Source of the DNA: Nitrospirales bacterium
GTDB lineage: Bacteria; Nitrospirota; Nitrospiria; Nitrospirales; UBA8639
Direction: 5' to 3'
Length of the DNA stretch: 24,374 nt
Assembly (NCBI GenBank): GCA_965203295.1
Contig: CBDBCZ010000002.1
Coordinates: forward strand, 1 to 24,374
The position numbers and the translations under genes were made by a program. Under the pieces are notes generated by a model, which saw nothing but the letters and a program-made list of their open reading frames with translations, was not told the DNA's origin and did no database searches. Below, in pieces: positions 22,833-24,374 of this stretch. The stretch's first letter is position 1. Every line of letters starts with the position of its first letter.

Positions 22833-23957
22833 TCAAGCTTTTCGGTTCACCTGATACCACTCCAGCTTTGCTCTAGCTGCCTGTCGTTGACGCCGAGCCA
22901 GAGTGAACCCAGAAGCAGCAGGCGCCTTTCCCGTGGGTTTATGCAGCAGAAAACGCAGAAATAGCTGAACACATTCCTCACTAAAGCCCTGGAGACCTTT
23001 GCCTAGTTCCACGTCTCCATATAAGGGATATGTTGGTCCTGCCCACAGTACATTCTGACGACCACTTGACATTAAATTTAAGGCGAGGGTGTTGAGTTGA
23101 TAGCAGATGAAAGTAAATTCACGCCCATTGGTAATGATACCCTGCATGGCCAGGGGGTGAACAAGGTCCTCATTCAGGGGATATCCATACTGCACCGTAC
23201 GACCTACTGCTTGAGAAAATAACTGCATCAGTCCACAAGCAAGCAGTTGTTCCCGAGTTCTACTCTTATAATCAGACATAAGGGTCGTGTGGGCAAAAGG
23301 AAATGGACTGTATAGCTTGCAGCCACCAAAAGGTACGATTTGGTCAAAACTGTGTTCAAACAGCCCCAGTGAGAAGGGCTGGAATTGCACAGATGGCACT
23401 TTACTTCCTCCCCTGAATTCTGGGTCTGAGAAAAGCTGTAGTGGCACAGACGTGTGTAGGATATACAGAGGGTTTGAGCGACATAGAAAATTGTTTCCAT
23501 TCATTCGCCAAAAACACTCGACTTTGGGGTCAACAGTAATGCTGGATTCGTTAAGGTGGTGATAGTATGGTGCAAGGGGCCACAGGGTAGCCATAGCGAC
23601 CTGTAGCAAGCTTAAAGCCTTCCCTGATCGAAGCTGATTGAAAGAATCCCTGCGAATTTGAAATGCAAGTGTCTCCTGTACATGCTTCTCAACGTCAGGC
23701 AGTAGACTCTCTGGCAACGGTACAGCAGCAACTCCGTCTGGTAAACCTTCAATAACTGTTGATTGGGTGAGCCACTGATACTTGGAGAGGGGGTCTACAG
23801 TCTGTGTGTGAGGGTGTACAACAAAACATTTCCTCCATTGGCTACCATGGCCAAGCAGATGTGGAATCGTTTTCTTAGGAACATGAACGTATCCATAGTT
23901 CCTGCAGCCAAGTGCAGCGCTGCACACTTTCCTCCGACAAACTATTCTTCGCAGCAT
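22833..23957 (-). CDS. Mitochondrial large-subunit ribosomal protein of the mL37/mL65 (MRPL37/MRPS30, PDCD9) family, 374 aa, intronless
   Basis: Arg-rich, acid-free N-terminus like a mitochondrial presequence; [21 protein letters not shown] and [26 protein letters not shown]...QNVLW...PLY...GF...FLLHKP match remembered family motifs. Confidence 0.85.
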   Translation of the reverse strand: [374 protein letters not shown]

Positions 23958-24124
23958 GGTGACACACAGATATACGCTGCCACGGCCACGTGCTCACGGT
24001 ATATCGATAGGCGGAGTGTAAAATCGCGCACACACACGTACACAAAAAAAGAGTTGAGTTTGCAGGCGGCTTTAGCTGGGATTGCAGCAAACTATGCTTG
24101 TAAGTGCTGCAAGACCAACAGAGC
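23958..24124. promoter_or_regulatory. Putative bidirectional promoter (mL37/mL65 gene / unknown ORF)
   Basis: 167 bp between divergent ATGs; CACGTG at 23987-23992; CpG-rich. Confidence 0.45.
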
Positions 24125-24374
24125 ATGCAGCCGGAGCAGCTGAGTTTCGAGAGTTCCAGTGAAAAGCTCCGGCAGCTGGTTCGGAGAGAGGGAAAGACTG
24201 CCAGGAACCTCGTCACTTGGTCAGTGCCCACAGTTAGCCGCTCCATGCCGATGCTTGGTCATGGAGCCATGCGTGGGAGGTCGTCAACTAGAGCTCGAAA
24301 TAAGGGTGGCCGTTCAAAGTCCGTCTCTCAGGCCAAGCCAGCTACACGGTCACAGAGCCACAATGCTGCTGCAT
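24125..24374 (+). CDS. 5' part of an unidentified protein-coding gene (runs off the window)
   Basis: ATG at 24125, open for 83 codons to the window end: MQPEQLSFESSSEKLRQLVRREGKTARNLVTWSVPTVSRSMPMLGHGAMRGRSSTRARNKGGRSKSVSQAKPATRSQSHNAAA; GC-rich, head-to-head with the previous gene. Confidence 0.55.
   Translation, partial: MQPEQLSFESSSEKLRQLVRREGKTARNLVTWSVPTVSRSMPMLGHGAMRGRSSTRARNKGGRSKSVSQAKPATRSQSHNAAA

Overview
Eukaryotic (animal) genomic DNA that looks like the start of a chromosome arm. Compact genes with many ~55-90 nt GT-AG introns would fit a sponge-like invertebrate, but that taxon is an inference. Layout: 1-56 degenerate telomere-like repeats (10-bp ACTAACCCTA period, then CCCTGA-type variants); 57-6740 a subtelomeric satellite (core GAGGTTCAGCAC, ~585-bp higher-order unit) interrupted by a 1.4-kb 10-bp GGGTWWACRT satellite; 6750-10040 a degenerate AT-rich satellite. 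Five TTAA-flanked piggyBac-type non-autonomous elements from four families sit in these satellites. Next come a TA-flanked CCGTA-ended Tc2/pogo-like MITE, a frameshifted 3' remnant of an Academ-type transposase, and a 32-bp palindromic minisatellite. From 13.8 kb there is a dense gene cluster: UBXN1-like (-, 12 exons, with an OTU1/YOD1-like zinc finger), two tandem signal-peptide cyclophilins (-), a 17-exon GH27 alpha-galactosidase with a 6-nt microexon (+), an intronless mL37/mL65-family mitoribosomal protein (-), and the 5' end of an unidentified ORF (+). No prokaryotic-type system (CRISPR etc.) is present. Exon models were built by hand from splice signals and protein motifs; family comparisons rely on remembered consensus sequences, not database searches.
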